A stretch of DNA of 64,000 bases from Candidatus Methanomethylicaceae archaeon (GTDB taxonomy: Archaea > Thermoproteota > Methanomethylicia > Methanomethylicales > Methanomethylicaceae): NCBI GenBank assembly GCA_025057955.1, contig JANXER010000003.1, positions 2,181-66,180 on the forward strand, given 5' to 3'. The first letter of the stretch is position 1. Each line of letters opens with the position of its first letter. The translations under genes were made by a program, and so were the position numbers. Below the pieces are notes generated by a model. It was not told the origin of the DNA, did no database searches, and saw nothing but the letters and a program-made list of their open reading frames with translations. Of this stretch, positions 52,578 to 64,000 are shown piece by piece.

Positions 52578-55500
52578 ACCCTCTCAGCTAGCTTTAATCT
52601 TGGAGAGAGACCCAAGCTCATTAATTCTTGAAGTAATAACTTAAAAGCATATGACATTACTACAGGAGAAATTTTAGCTTTATCTCCGCAAATTGGGCAT
52701 ATATATCTATCCTTTATTCTATCATAGTAAGCAATAAGACCGCAATCCTCGCAAACATGTACTATGGTTCTATCTGATTCATCGAGTAATCTCTCCTTTA
52801 ATAGCATAGCAGCTCCATGTCCAATTAAGCAATCCCTCTCCATTTCCCCAAATCTCAATCCACCCTCTCTTGCACGACCTTCCGTAGGTTGTCTTGTTAA
52901 TATTTGAACAGGGCCTCTAGCTCTTGCATGCATCTTATCAGCAACCATATGATGCAACTTCAGATAATATGCAATACCTATGAAAACTTCTGCTTCTAAT
53001 ACTCTACCAGTTCTTCCATCGTACATAACTTCCTTTCCAGTTGATTTAAATCCTGCACTTTCTAATAATCTCCGCATTTCTTCTTCTGTACTTCCACAAA
53101 AAGCAGTACCATCTATAGAAACGCCAGATATAGCAGATGTTTTTCCTCCCAAGGTCTCTAGAATTTGCCCAATTGTCATTCTTGATGGAATTGCATGTGG
53201 ATTTATTATTAGATCAGGCACAACTCCATCTTCAGTATATGGCATATCATACTGAGGAACTAATAATCCAATAACTCCCTTTTGACCATGTCTTGATGCA
53301 AACTTATCTCCAAGCTCTGGGATTCTTTCATTTCTAACCCTAATCTTAACAAGCTTATTTCCATCAGCTGATTCACTTATCAATACTAAATCTACAATAC
53401 CCTCCTCTCCAGCCCTTACTGCAACAGAAGTCTCCCTTCTTACCGGGCTAGTAACTTCAAACTCTCTGAACTCCTCAAGAAATCTTGGTGGGCTTGTTTT
53501 TCCTATTAATACATCTCCACCTTGAACAACTGATTCTAGCTCAATAATACCATCCTCTCCAAGGAATTTATAGGCCTCTGGAGTTCTATATCCTCTAACA
53601 TCAGGAGAGGGGATTTCAATTTTATCCTCCTGTCCTCCAGGATATTTTCTCTCCTCAACCTCATAACATCTGAAGAACGTAGATCTTGCTAATCCTCTAT
53701 CCACCGAGGATTTATTTACTATTATAGCATCTTCAATATTATAGCCAGAGTACGATAGTATAGCCACAATAAAGTTTTGCCCAGCGGGCCTTCTATCAAG
53801 CTCTAAAATTCTAGCAACCCTTGTATTAACTAATGGTTTCTGTGGATAGTGAAGCAAATGCGATCTAGAGTCTGTTCTTTCTATGAAGTTTGATGCATAG
53901 AATCCCAATGCTTGTTTTACCATAGCTGAACCATATGTATTTCTTGGAGATTGATTGGTTTCTATGAAAGGAATCATAGAAGCATTTATACCTAATATAG
54001 CTGAGGGAACTATTTCCAAATGCGTATGTTCACTAGTTAGATCCTCTGGCGATATTGCAATAAAGGCATTTTCCTCTTCTTCAGCATCTAAATATTCAAT
54101 AATACCTTGATTTATTAAGTCGCTCCAAACCCATTCGCCTGATCTCAATTTATCAATGTGCTCTTTTGTTAAGCGAGGACTGCCATTATCAACTATTATG
54201 AGGGGGCGTCTTACTCTTCCAGCATCACAATTTACATAAATTTCTTGAATTTTACCATGATTATAGTAAGCAATATTTACTTCATGATGAAGTTTTTTGC
54301 GCCTTCTTAATTTTCTTATCTCTGCAACTAAAAAGTCAGGTTTATCATGAATGCCAATCAGTCGACCATTTAATATTACTTTTGCTCCACTCATTCCCTT
54401 CTCTCTTGCATATTCTATGGGCTCAGTTCCAAGTTCATAGAGTAATTCCTCAATTGGTCTCTCATCTATGCCTACGGATATTAATGCTAATAGAGCCATA
54501 TTCTTGACAAGTCCGCAATTCGGCCCCTCAGGGGTTTCTGAAGGACATAGACGTCCCCATTGAGTTGGATGTAGATCTCTAGCTTCAAAGTGAGGTTGGC
54601 TTCTGCTTAGTGGTGATACAACTCTTCGAAGATGGCCTATTGTAGATAAATAGTTTGTTCTATCCAGTAGCTGACTTACACCAGTCTTTCCTCCAACCCA
54701 ATTTCCAGTGGCCAATGCATGACGCATTCTTTCTGTAATTACATCAGCTCTAACCAAAGTAGATATAAGAACTCTTTTACTTCTGCTTTTGGCTCTCTCA
54801 AGCTGATATTTTAAATCTCGACAGAAGCTTCTAAAAGCCACTCTAAATAGACTTGCTAATAAATCTCCTGCAAGCTTTAGTCGCTTATTTGCATAATGAT
54901 CCTTATCATCTGGTTTTCTACGTCCTAATGCTAATTCAAGAAGCTTTTCAGCCATTTGGCCTAGGAAAAATGCTTTTTTCCTTCTATCCTTTGAGCTCAT
55001 ACCTATATGTGGTAATAAATATTTGTCTATGATTTGCTCAGCCCTCTGTATTCTGAAGTCACGTGTTTGTCCAATAGCAACTCTATTTCCAATATAGTCC
55101 AAGGCATCTTCTACAGTATTAATTTCCATTCCTGCTTCTAAAGTGGGTATTAAAGCACTTTGTATTTCTGAATCGCTTGAAACAATATTTACAATCTCTC
55201 TATCAGAAGTTATTCCTAAGGCCCTCATTAAAATTGATAAAGGAATTCTACCAGGAACTGCGGGGAAAGAAACTTGAAGATCTCCATTTTTCATTCTTTC
55301 CATAACTATTGGAACTCTAAATCCAGAGGTTGCTGAAAATACCTTTGCAATATGGGTTGTTGGAGATGTACTTTCAACAACATCAACAAGAATTCTATTT
55401 ACTGCTAAATCCTCCTGAATGACAAGCACTCTTTCTGAGCCATTAATTATGAAATATCCACCGGGATCATCGGGATCTTCTCCGGCCTTTATTAATTCCT

Positions 55501-55909
55501 CTCTATTCATCTTTGAAAGGGGACATAATGAAGACTTAACCATCACTGGTAATTTTCCAATGTATACTTCTTGCTCCTCCTCTTCAATTCCGTCCTCAAT
55601 AGGAATGAGCTTCAAAAACATAGATGAAGCATATGTTAAATTTCTCTGTCTTGCTTCTAATGGAGTAATTTCCTTTTCAGATCCATCAGCTTCATAAACT
55701 GTAGGAGATTTTATTGTTAATTTACCAAATTTGATTTTAAGCCCAGGAATATCTGTATCTACTACTTCTTGTTCATTTATAATTTCTTGAATTTTGTTTT
55801 TTATAAAGTCGTTATAAGAGTCTAAATGCTGTCTTACTACACCTTTTTCCTTAAAGAATGCTTCAACAAGAACCCATCTATCATCAATGGAAACTTGACT
55901 CATATACAA
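52574..55909 (-). CDS. rpoB: DNA-directed RNA polymerase subunit B (Rpo2), unsplit
   Basis: 1111 aa in a single ORF with ...GQKGV...ED... and the C-terminal zinc motif CxxC...CxxC. Confidence 0.95.
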   Translation of the reverse strand: MYMSQVSIDDRWVLVEAFFKEKGVVRQHLDSYNDFIKNKIQEIINEQEVVDTDIPGLKIKFGKLTIKSPTVYEADGSEKEITPLEARQRNLTYASSMFLKLIPIEDGIEEEEQEVYIGKLPVMVKSSLCPLSKMNREELIKAGEDPDDPGGYFIINGSERVLVIQEDLAVNRILVDVVESTSPTTHIAKVFSATSGFRVPIVMERMKNGDLQVSFPAVPGRIPLSILMRALGITSDREIVNIVSSDSEIQSALIPTLEAGMEINTVEDALDYIGNRVAIGQTRDFRIQRAEQIIDKYLLPHIGMSSKDRRKKAFFLGQMAEKLLELALGRRKPDDKDHYANKRLKLAGDLLASLFRVAFRSFCRDLKYQLERAKSRSKRVLISTLVRADVITERMRHALATGNWVGGKTGVSQLLDRTNYLSTIGHLRRVVSPLSRSQPHFEARDLHPTQWGRLCPSETPEGPNCGLVKNMALLALISVGIDERPIEELLYELGTEPIEYAREKGMSGAKVILNGRLIGIHDKPDFLVAEIRKLRRRKKLHHEVNIAYYNHGKIQEIYVNCDAGRVRRPLIIVDNGSPRLTKEHIDKLRSGEWVWSDLINQGIIEYLDAEEEENAFIAISPEDLTSEHTHLEIVPSAILGINASMIPFIETNQSPRNTYGSAMVKQALGFYASNFIERTDSRSHLLHYPQKPLVNTRVARILELDRRPAGQNFIVAILSYSGYNIEDAIIVNKSSVDRGLARSTFFRCYEVEERKYPGGQEDKIEIPSPDVRGYRTPEAYKFLGEDGIIELESVVQGGDVLIGKTSPPRFLEEFREFEVTSPVRRETSVAVRAGEEGIVDLVLISESADGNKLVKIRVRNERIPELGDKFASRHGQKGVIGLLVPQYDMPYTEDGVVPDLIINPHAIPSRMTIGQILETLGGKTSAISGVSIDGTAFCGSTEEEMRRLLESAGFKSTGKEVMYDGRTGRVLEAEVFIGIAYYLKLHHMVADKMHARARGPVQILTRQPTEGRAREGGLRFGEMERDCLIGHGAAMLLKERLLDESDRTIVHVCEDCGLIAYYDRIKDRYICPICGDKAKISPVVMSYAFKLLLQELMSLGLSPRLKLAERV

Positions 55910-56149
55910 TCACCAAGGAACTACATATCTATAGGCTATAGCTTCACCAGCAACAGGACTTTTTCTTATAATTTTTATCACATCTCCAGGCTTTGCACCC
56001 AAAGCCCTACACATTGGATCGCTCCTCCTTATCCAAGGCAATTGTTCTTTTCTTATGCCATATAGCCTCCTTAGCTCTTCAACTTCTTCTTTGGATAGAA
56101 CTACAGCCTTAGGTACTAATTCATGTTTAAAAATATCGAACTTTGACAA
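55910..56149 (-). CDS. rpoH: DNA-directed RNA polymerase subunit H (Rpo5)
   Basis: RpoH/Rpb5 C-domain sequence (...KHELVPKA...PGDVIKIIR...); first gene of the rpoHBA operon. Confidence 0.9.
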   Translation of the reverse strand: MSKFDIFKHELVPKAVVLSKEEVEELRRLYGIRKEQLPWIRRSDPMCRALGAKPGDVIKIIRKSPVAGEAIAYRYVVPW

Positions 56150-56182
56150 TAACCCACCACCCGACTCCAGAGAAACATTGAT

Positions 56183-56221
56183 TTAAGCATAAAATGGAAA
56201 ATTTACCAGATTTATAAATTT
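56183..56221 (-). promoter_or_regulatory. Candidate BRE/TATA region for the rpoH-rpoB-rpoA operon
   Basis: A/T-rich TATA-like elements (TTTATAAATT, TTTAAGCATAAAAT) lie 35-70 nt upstream of the rpoH ATG, between tRNA-Tyr and rpoH. Confidence 0.35.
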
Positions 56222-56230
56222 TCCTATTTT

Positions 56231-56370
56231 TGGTCCCGCCCGCCGGATTTGAACCAGCGACCACCCGGTATTTGCCCAGCTAACGCAGGCTCATCTTATG
56301 CCCATAGGGCGGAATTACCTGCGCGACTCATAGTCTACAGCCGGGCGCTCTACCACTGAGCTAGGGCGGG
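56231..56370 (-). tRNA. tRNA-Tyr (anticodon GUA) with a ~65-nt canonical-position intron (~56269..56333) and an encoded CCA
   Basis: Acceptor CCCGCCC/GGGCGGG gives the C1:G72 pair characteristic of archaeal tRNA-Tyr, with A73. D-arm GCUCAGUGGUAGAGC, anticodon stem CCCGG/CCGGG, loop CUGUAG[intron]A, T-arm GCUGGUUCAAAUCCGGC. Confidence 0.85.
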
Positions 56371-56512
56371 ACCCTATTAGGATTAGGCTCAAAATTTCTT
56401 ATAAGTTTTTTCCGACTATATATAAATTGATTATAATCCATAGGCTTATTATTTTAGAAATGACCTTATGTTAAAATTTACCCAATAAGGCATAGATGCT
56501 ATGATCTAGATG

Positions 56513-57682
56513 CTATGGTCTCACTCCAAGTACAATAGGAACCCTAATAACTTCTCCATCTCTTATTATCGTGAGGCTTATCCTCTGACCGGGCACAGTA
56601 TTTCTTTCAAGATAGGAAACAAGGTCTTCCATATTTCTTACAAGATTCTCATTTACAGCGATTATAATATCACCATCTACATAAATTTGCCTTCCAGCAA
56701 TATTAGTTAATTTCGATCCCCCTCTTAAACCAGCCTTATCTGCAGGGCTATCTTTAGCTATGGATTGAATGAGAACACCATAAGTAAGGTTAATACCAAT
56801 GGATTTCGCTATTATATAATCAATATCAATTCCACTGATTCCAAGATATGGATGTTGATAATATCCCTTTTCCACTAAATCTTTAATCTCTCTTAATAGA
56901 GTATCAGAAGGTATTGCAAATCCAACATTTTGAGAGCCTGCGATTATAGCTGTAGTTATTCCCACAACCCTTCCATATACATCAAGAAGAGGGCCGCCGG
57001 AATTTCCAGGATTTATAGGTACAGTAATTTGAATGAGATCAGCCAGAAGATAGCCACCGGCAGTTTCTACGCTTATGGCTCTTCCTAATTGACTAACTAT
57101 TCCAGAGGACAATGTTGATTGAAAACCATATGGATTACCAATAGCAAATACTATATCTCCGACTCTTAATGTTGAGGATGATGCTACATTTAGTGGAATC
57201 AGCTTCTCCTTTGGTGCATATGGTTTTAATATGGCCAAATCGCTATACTTGTCTGTTCCAATTACATCAAAGGGATAGGCCTCTCCATTTGAAAAAACAA
57301 TACAACCATTAACAATTTTATCAATAACATGAAAGTTTGTTACTATAAGTGGTTGACTTGTTAAATTTACAATGAAGCCTGATCCTATAACCTCTTGATA
57401 ATATGTAATACCTAATATTGTGGTTGAATAAGTTAATCCTTTAATCATAACAACCGAATTTTTCACCAACTCATAAATATCAGAGAGCGATGTAGTATTT
57501 TGATAGACTATTACTTGAGGTTGAACCCTCGACTCTAAGTAAGATATTTTATTTTGAAGTGATTTAATCTCAGAAGTTAAATTTTGTAAGTTAAAAAAGG
57601 CCATAGAGTAACCAATGTATGCACCTAATACTAACATAAAGAGAGCAATTGCTAGCCCCTTAGAATTTGATATGTAGCTCAC
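56513..57682 (-). CDS. HtrA/DegP-family serine protease with N-terminal TM anchor and C-terminal PDZ domain
   Basis: Trypsin-like catalytic triad context (...TNFHVI..., ...GNSGGPL...) and a PDZ domain. Confidence 0.9.
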   Translation of the reverse strand: MSYISNSKGLAIALFMLVLGAYIGYSMAFFNLQNLTSEIKSLQNKISYLESRVQPQVIVYQNTTSLSDIYELVKNSVVMIKGLTYSTTILGITYYQEVIGSGFIVNLTSQPLIVTNFHVIDKIVNGCIVFSNGEAYPFDVIGTDKYSDLAILKPYAPKEKLIPLNVASSSTLRVGDIVFAIGNPYGFQSTLSSGIVSQLGRAISVETAGGYLLADLIQITVPINPGNSGGPLLDVYGRVVGITTAIIAGSQNVGFAIPSDTLLREIKDLVEKGYYQHPYLGISGIDIDYIIAKSIGINLTYGVLIQSIAKDSPADKAGLRGGSKLTNIAGRQIYVDGDIIIAVNENLVRNMEDLVSYLERNTVPGQRISLTIIRDGEVIRVPIVLGVRP

Positions 57683-57728
57683 ATATAATCCAGTGGATTA
57701 TGGAGTATAAATACCTAAGTTTCAAAAA

Positions 57729-57741
57729 ACTTATAAAAAAC
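57729..57741 (+). promoter_or_regulatory. TATA box for tRNA-Asp
   Basis: cTTATAAAAAAc centred about 30 nt upstream of the tRNA 5' end. Confidence 0.5.
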
Positions 57742-57764
57742 TTGCTCTATTAGAAAAACTAGAT

Positions 57765-57842
57765 GCCCCGATAGTATAGTCCGGCCCAGAATGCTGGCCT
57801 GTCGAGCCAGCGACCCGGGTTCAAATCCCGGTCGGGGCGCCA
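57765..57842 (+). tRNA. tRNA-Asp (anticodon GUC), CCA encoded, no intron
   Basis: Acceptor GCCCCGA/UCGGGGC, G73, anticodon stem CUGGC/GCCAG with loop CUGUCGA, T-arm CCGGGUUCAAAUCCCGG. Confidence 0.9.
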
Positions 57843-57853
57843 TCTATGCTATA

Positions 57854-58888
57854 TTAATTTATAATTTCTCGATATAATTTTAATATTTTATTTTTAATTG
57901 ATTCAAAGTCACCTTTAATTATTTGCTTTTCATTAAATACTCTCTTAAACACCATTGCTCCAAACTCATCATCATTTTCCACTTTTAAAATAATGGAATT
58001 GGGAGAAAATTTTGCTCCATTTATCAATCCATCTCTATCATTATCAACTATTCCGATTATTGGTATATTGAACCTTTCCAATATATCACCAACAATGGTA
58101 GTAGTATCATCACCAATGACAACAGCACAACATATTCCTTCCTCTAAAAATCTCAAAATATCATAGCCAATATGATCTATAAAAGCCACTATGTTCTTTG
58201 GTAGATAACTCAATGATGCTCTATTCTCTACTTTATCCCTCAGTAGCCTTACAGTATCTATTTTAGCATTCTTAATATCAATTCTACCAAGCCTTTTAAG
58301 TCCATGATATTTTATAGAGGCGCCCTTTATCTCTAATATCTCTCCATTCTTACAGACAAATATAACATCTCTTTCAGTAGCTTTACCAACTACTATACCA
58401 TTTACCAATATCCAATCCTCAGGTTCAACAGCTAATATTCTTCGATATTCCTTTTCTCCATCCATCCAAAATGTTTCACCAAAATCCACACCTTTAATTA
58501 ACTTGAAGTTTAAATCATTAGAAATACATTCAGCCAATTCTCTTATATCTCTCCAATAAGCAATGGTTTTGCTATTAGCATCTATACCAATTATTGGAAG
58601 ATTAATCTTTCTAGATAAATGCCAACAATCTGCAAGCATTCGATCCAAGGATGTTGTATAAGTTGCATTAACTATAACATTAAAGTTTTCTCTATTAATC
58701 CATTCCACAAATCTCTCCTTCAATATTCTTACGCTTTTATCCAATCCTACATCCATCATAGCAATAGCACCCATTGTCCCAGATACTACAGCAATAACCT
58801 CTCCATGTTTCTTAATAGATGATAAAATTTTTTCAGCCCAATTTGATTCAAAAATTCTACACATATGAAATCTTAAGCAAATTCTCAT
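57854..58888 (-). CDS. Hypothetical conserved protein (344 aa), unrecognised family, possibly two related alpha/beta domains
   Basis: Long clean ORF with N- and C-terminal segments rich in G/D/T motifs (AVVSGTMGAIAMMDVG...; VVIGDDTTTIVGD...IGIVDNDRDG); no confident family match. Confidence 0.5.
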   Translation of the reverse strand: MRICLRFHMCRIFESNWAEKILSSIKKHGEVIAVVSGTMGAIAMMDVGLDKSVRILKERFVEWINRENFNVIVNATYTTSLDRMLADCWHLSRKINLPIIGIDANSKTIAYWRDIRELAECISNDLNFKLIKGVDFGETFWMDGEKEYRRILAVEPEDWILVNGIVVGKATERDVIFVCKNGEILEIKGASIKYHGLKRLGRIDIKNAKIDTVRLLRDKVENRASLSYLPKNIVAFIDHIGYDILRFLEEGICCAVVIGDDTTTIVGDILERFNIPIIGIVDNDRDGLINGAKFSPNSIILKVENDDEFGAMVFKRVFNEKQIIKGDFESIKNKILKLYREIIN

Positions 58889-58930
58889 GCTAGAAAATAA
58901 AAAAATAGCACAAATATATTCATTTATATA

Positions 58931-59632
58931 ATGATTGAGGTATCGGTAGTAATTCCAACATACAATGAAGAAAGAAATATAGTACGTACTCTATACTTCC
59001 TTTCCAATCAAACAATTCCAAGGGAGAAGTATGAAATAATAGTAGTAGATGGAGGTAGTAAAGATAGAACTGTAGAGTTGGCATCGAAATATGCAGATAA
59101 AGTAATTTATCAAAGAAGTAGGGGGGTTGGAGGTGCAAGAAATGATGGCGCTTACATTGCTAGAGGAAGAATAATAATTCATACTGATGCTGATGTGATC
59201 GTTGAGAGAGATTGGATTGAAAAAATATTGAAAAAATTTTCTAATGGCGTAATAGCAGTTTGTGGACCTGATGATCCAATAGAAAGTACTCTAAAATATA
59301 GAATATTATATATAATAATAAATGCGATATCTTTCATAGCAGCAAAGCTTGGAATTATTTGGACTAGGGGTACAAATACAGCAGTATTAAAGAAGGCATT
59401 TATAATCGTAGGCGGATATAAGGACTATCCCTTATGTGATGATGGAGAGTTGGGAATTAGACTTAGAAGGATTGGAAAGTTAATTTATGCGAATGATATA
59501 AGAGTAAAAATGTCAATAAGACGTTTAAAAAAATATGGAATTTTAAGAGTGTTAATAAATTGGATAAAGGGAGATATTATGGTGCTTATGGGAAGAAGAC
59601 CACATGGAAGGTATCATAGGGAATCATATTAA
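58931..59632 (+). CDS. Family 2 glycosyltransferase (dolichyl-phosphate sugar synthase-like)
   Basis: VVIPTYNEE...VVDGGSKD...DADV GT2 (DxD) signature. Confidence 0.85.
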   Translation: MIEVSVVIPTYNEERNIVRTLYFLSNQTIPREKYEIIVVDGGSKDRTVELASKYADKVIYQRSRGVGGARNDGAYIARGRIIIHTDADVIVERDWIEKILKKFSNGVIAVCGPDDPIESTLKYRILYIIINAISFIAAKLGIIWTRGTNTAVLKKAFIIVGGYKDYPLCDDGELGIRLRRIGKLIYANDIRVKMSIRRLKKYGILRVLINWIKGDIMVLMGRRPHGRYHRESY

Positions 59633-59811
59633 AGTAGGTATTTTTCAAATTCTTACTTTTGAGTATATCATTATGGCTTTGAAAAATGTAATTCAATCTT
59701 CTCATGAGTATCATGAGTATAATGTTACTAAAGACATAAAATTCTCACAATACTAAGATAATTATCTTAATTCCCTTGCTCTTCATTATTACACAAGAAT
59801 TGCTTTTTTCG

Positions 59812-61242
59812 TTATTTAAGCTGATAATGATGCTCTAGCACATGATGATAAATCTCTAGAGGCATTAGAGAAAGGAAGGCTCTTTCCACAACCTCACTTA
59901 AAGAGGGATGGATATGCATTCCATTTATTATGGGTTCTGCGCTCTGATCTGGTGTATACATTAAGTTTACAATCTCTTGAATGAGAATAGATGCATAGGG
60001 GCCTATTATATGAGCGCCTAGAATTTTCAATGTATTCTTCTCCACTATTATCTTGACAAAGTAATCTTTCAAATTCATAACTCTTCCTTTTGCTGTATTC
60101 TCAAAGCGTTCCATCCCTATAAGTATATTATCTTCTCCATATTTTTCTATAGCCTCTCTTTCTCTCAATCCAACACTTGCAATTTCTGGATAGATAAATA
60201 CTGCATGAGGAATTGCATGATAATCCACTTTCACTCTTCTATTTAACACTGCATTATAATAAACTACTAATGCCTCATAATTTGCTTTATGTTTAAACAT
60301 ATATTTGCCATTTGCATCCCCTAGAGCCCAAACATTTGACTGAGAAGTCTCAAGATATTCATTAACTTCAATCCATCCTTGATTATCAACTTTTATATTT
60401 CCTCTTTCTGGCTTTAGTATATCAGTGTTTGAGGCTCTTCCAGAAGCCACAAGAATTTCCTCAGCCATTACTTCCACTTTTCTTCCATTCTCTCGATTAA
60501 TAGCAATAAGCTTTTTCATTTCAGAATCAACCTCTTCCACCGATTTTACTTCATGATTCGTGAGAATTTTCATGCTTTTCTGCAACTCCCTTTTAGCTAG
60601 TGCGGAGATCTCTGGTTCTTCTTCGGGTAGGAATTGTGGATTTCTACCAATTATGGTAACATTCGTTCCCATCGTGGAGAAAAAGAACCCATATTCTGCA
60701 GCTATATAGCCACCGCCAATTATTGCTAAGCTTTTTGGTAATTTTCTAATCTTTAGAATCGTATCACTAGTATAGTAGGGCACTTTATCTAATCCTTCTA
60801 TTGATGGAAGTAATGGTTTTGAGCCTGTGCATAATATAATTTTTTTAGCTTTTATTATTTCACCCCCCACAGACATTGTATATGGGGCAATGAATTCAGC
60901 TTTCATGGGATAGTAATCGATGTTTTCTGAGTGAGTGAGCGCATATCTTATTTTTTCAACCTCAGATTGAACGTGCTCTCTCATTCTTTCCATGATTTTT
61001 GAGAAGTCAATCTTATTGATTGTAACTTCTATGCCAAAGTCATTAGCCTTTCCAATTAGAGCTAGCAGTTCAGCTGGATACAATAGCATCTTAGAGGGAA
61101 TACAACCTCGAGTTAGACATATTCCTCCAGGATCATCCTTATCTATAACAGCAATTTTTGCCTTTGAATCTATTTGAACTATAGCCTCTACTACGATCAT
61201 AGCAGAGCCGGAGCCAACCACTATCCAATCATACTCTTTCAT
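59812..61242 (-). CDS. FAD-dependent pyridine nucleotide-disulfide oxidoreductase, dihydrolipoamide dehydrogenase family
   Basis: GSGSA FAD motif, redox-active GGICLTRGCIPSK disulfide, NAD-binding GGGYIAAE, C-terminal dimerisation domain with HPS. Confidence 0.85.
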   Translation of the reverse strand: MKEYDWIVVGSGSAMIVVEAIVQIDSKAKIAVIDKDDPGGICLTRGCIPSKMLLYPAELLALIGKANDFGIEVTINKIDFSKIMERMREHVQSEVEKIRYALTHSENIDYYPMKAEFIAPYTMSVGGEIIKAKKIILCTGSKPLLPSIEGLDKVPYYTSDTILKIRKLPKSLAIIGGGYIAAEYGFFFSTMGTNVTIIGRNPQFLPEEEPEISALAKRELQKSMKILTNHEVKSVEEVDSEMKKLIAINRENGRKVEVMAEEILVASGRASNTDILKPERGNIKVDNQGWIEVNEYLETSQSNVWALGDANGKYMFKHKANYEALVVYYNAVLNRRVKVDYHAIPHAVFIYPEIASVGLREREAIEKYGEDNILIGMERFENTAKGRVMNLKDYFVKIIVEKNTLKILGAHIIGPYASILIQEIVNLMYTPDQSAEPIINGMHIHPSLSEVVERAFLSLMPLEIYHHVLEHHYQLK

Positions 61243-61342
61243 ATTGGGGCCACAACCTTATATTTATTAATCATATTAATGTTTACCACTAATAGATGTA
61301 AATGGTGATATAATTTTCTATGGAATTCTATTAAAATTATTT

Positions 61343-61378
61343 GATGATATAATGGATATAATGATGGATATAATGTAT
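61343..61378. repeat. Short tandem direct repeats (GATATAATG x3) in the intergenic region
   Basis: tgatGATATAATGGATATAATGatgGATATAATGtatg, about 100-135 nt upstream of the DLD-like gene. Confidence 0.5.
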
Positions 61379-61450
61379 GAAAAATAAATATTAAAATCGA
61401 TTATTAGAGGTAATTCCAATTAATTATAAAAAATTATCTTAATTTTTCCG

Positions 61451-64000
<2,550 letters not shown>

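Overview
This window is an AT-rich archaeal chromosomal core region, most likely from a Thermoprotei (Sulfolobales/Desulfurococcales-like) crenarchaeon. The supporting signs are an unsplit rpoB, an rpoD with ferredoxin-like cysteine motifs, a fused alpha/gamma 2-oxoacid:ferredoxin oxidoreductase subunit, and several intron-containing tRNAs. Genes are almost all on the minus strand and densely packed.

In coordinate order the window holds:
- S15, a Ham1-type ITPase, the KEOPS genes Bud32 and Kae1, and ribosomal proteins S27ae and S24e, with gdhA on the plus strand.
- A conserved cluster of DUF359, spt4, rpoE, a PIN-domain protein, aIF2-gamma and S6e.
- aIF5B, ndk, L24e, S28e and L7Ae.
- gltX and an isoprenoid block: GGPP synthase, IDI-2, IPK and an MVK-like GHMP protein.
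- A Memo-like protein, then the S2/rpoN/S9/L13/L18e/rpoD/S11/S4/S13 block and a tRNA-Ser.
- cbf5, cmk, a DUF106 membrane protein, adk and secY, followed by the complete L15-to-L3 ribosomal super-operon (including short S14 and S27ae genes the ORF track missed).
- A SPOUT methyltransferase, a small hypothetical protein co-transcribed with valS, an MBL-fold hydrolase, and a divergent rtcB/archease pair next to a second tRNA-Ser.
- S10, EF-1alpha, S7, S12, nusA, L30e, and the rpoA''/rpoA'/rpoB/rpoH operon.
- tRNA-Tyr, an HtrA protease, tRNA-Asp, a hypothetical protein, a GT2 glycosyltransferase, a DLD-like oxidoreductase, and the OFOR beta and (partial) alpha subunits.

The main finding is in aIF5B (infB). 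Its apparent split into two ORFs is explained by a 22-nt insert that folds into a textbook helix-bulge-helix-bulge-helix (hBHBh') motif. The predicted cleavage sites remove exactly 22 nt, restore the reading frame, and recreate the conserved switch-I sequence (...AREVGAM|TQHIGA...). This points to a tRNA-type (endonuclease plus RtcB) mRNA intron in an essential translation-factor gene. By contrast, cbf5, the classic crenarchaeal intron host, is uninterrupted here.

Other observations worth a second look:
- A tRNA-Ser(GGA) with a 12-nt non-canonical intron at position 29/30.
- A 65-nt intron in tRNA-Tyr.
- An MVK-like GHMP protein that has lost its phosphate-binding loop.
- An MBL-fold gene whose N-terminal strands are encoded upstream of any start codon.
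- A 0.5-kb quiet region containing a start-less ORF.

No CRISPR arrays, transposons or defence islands are visible.
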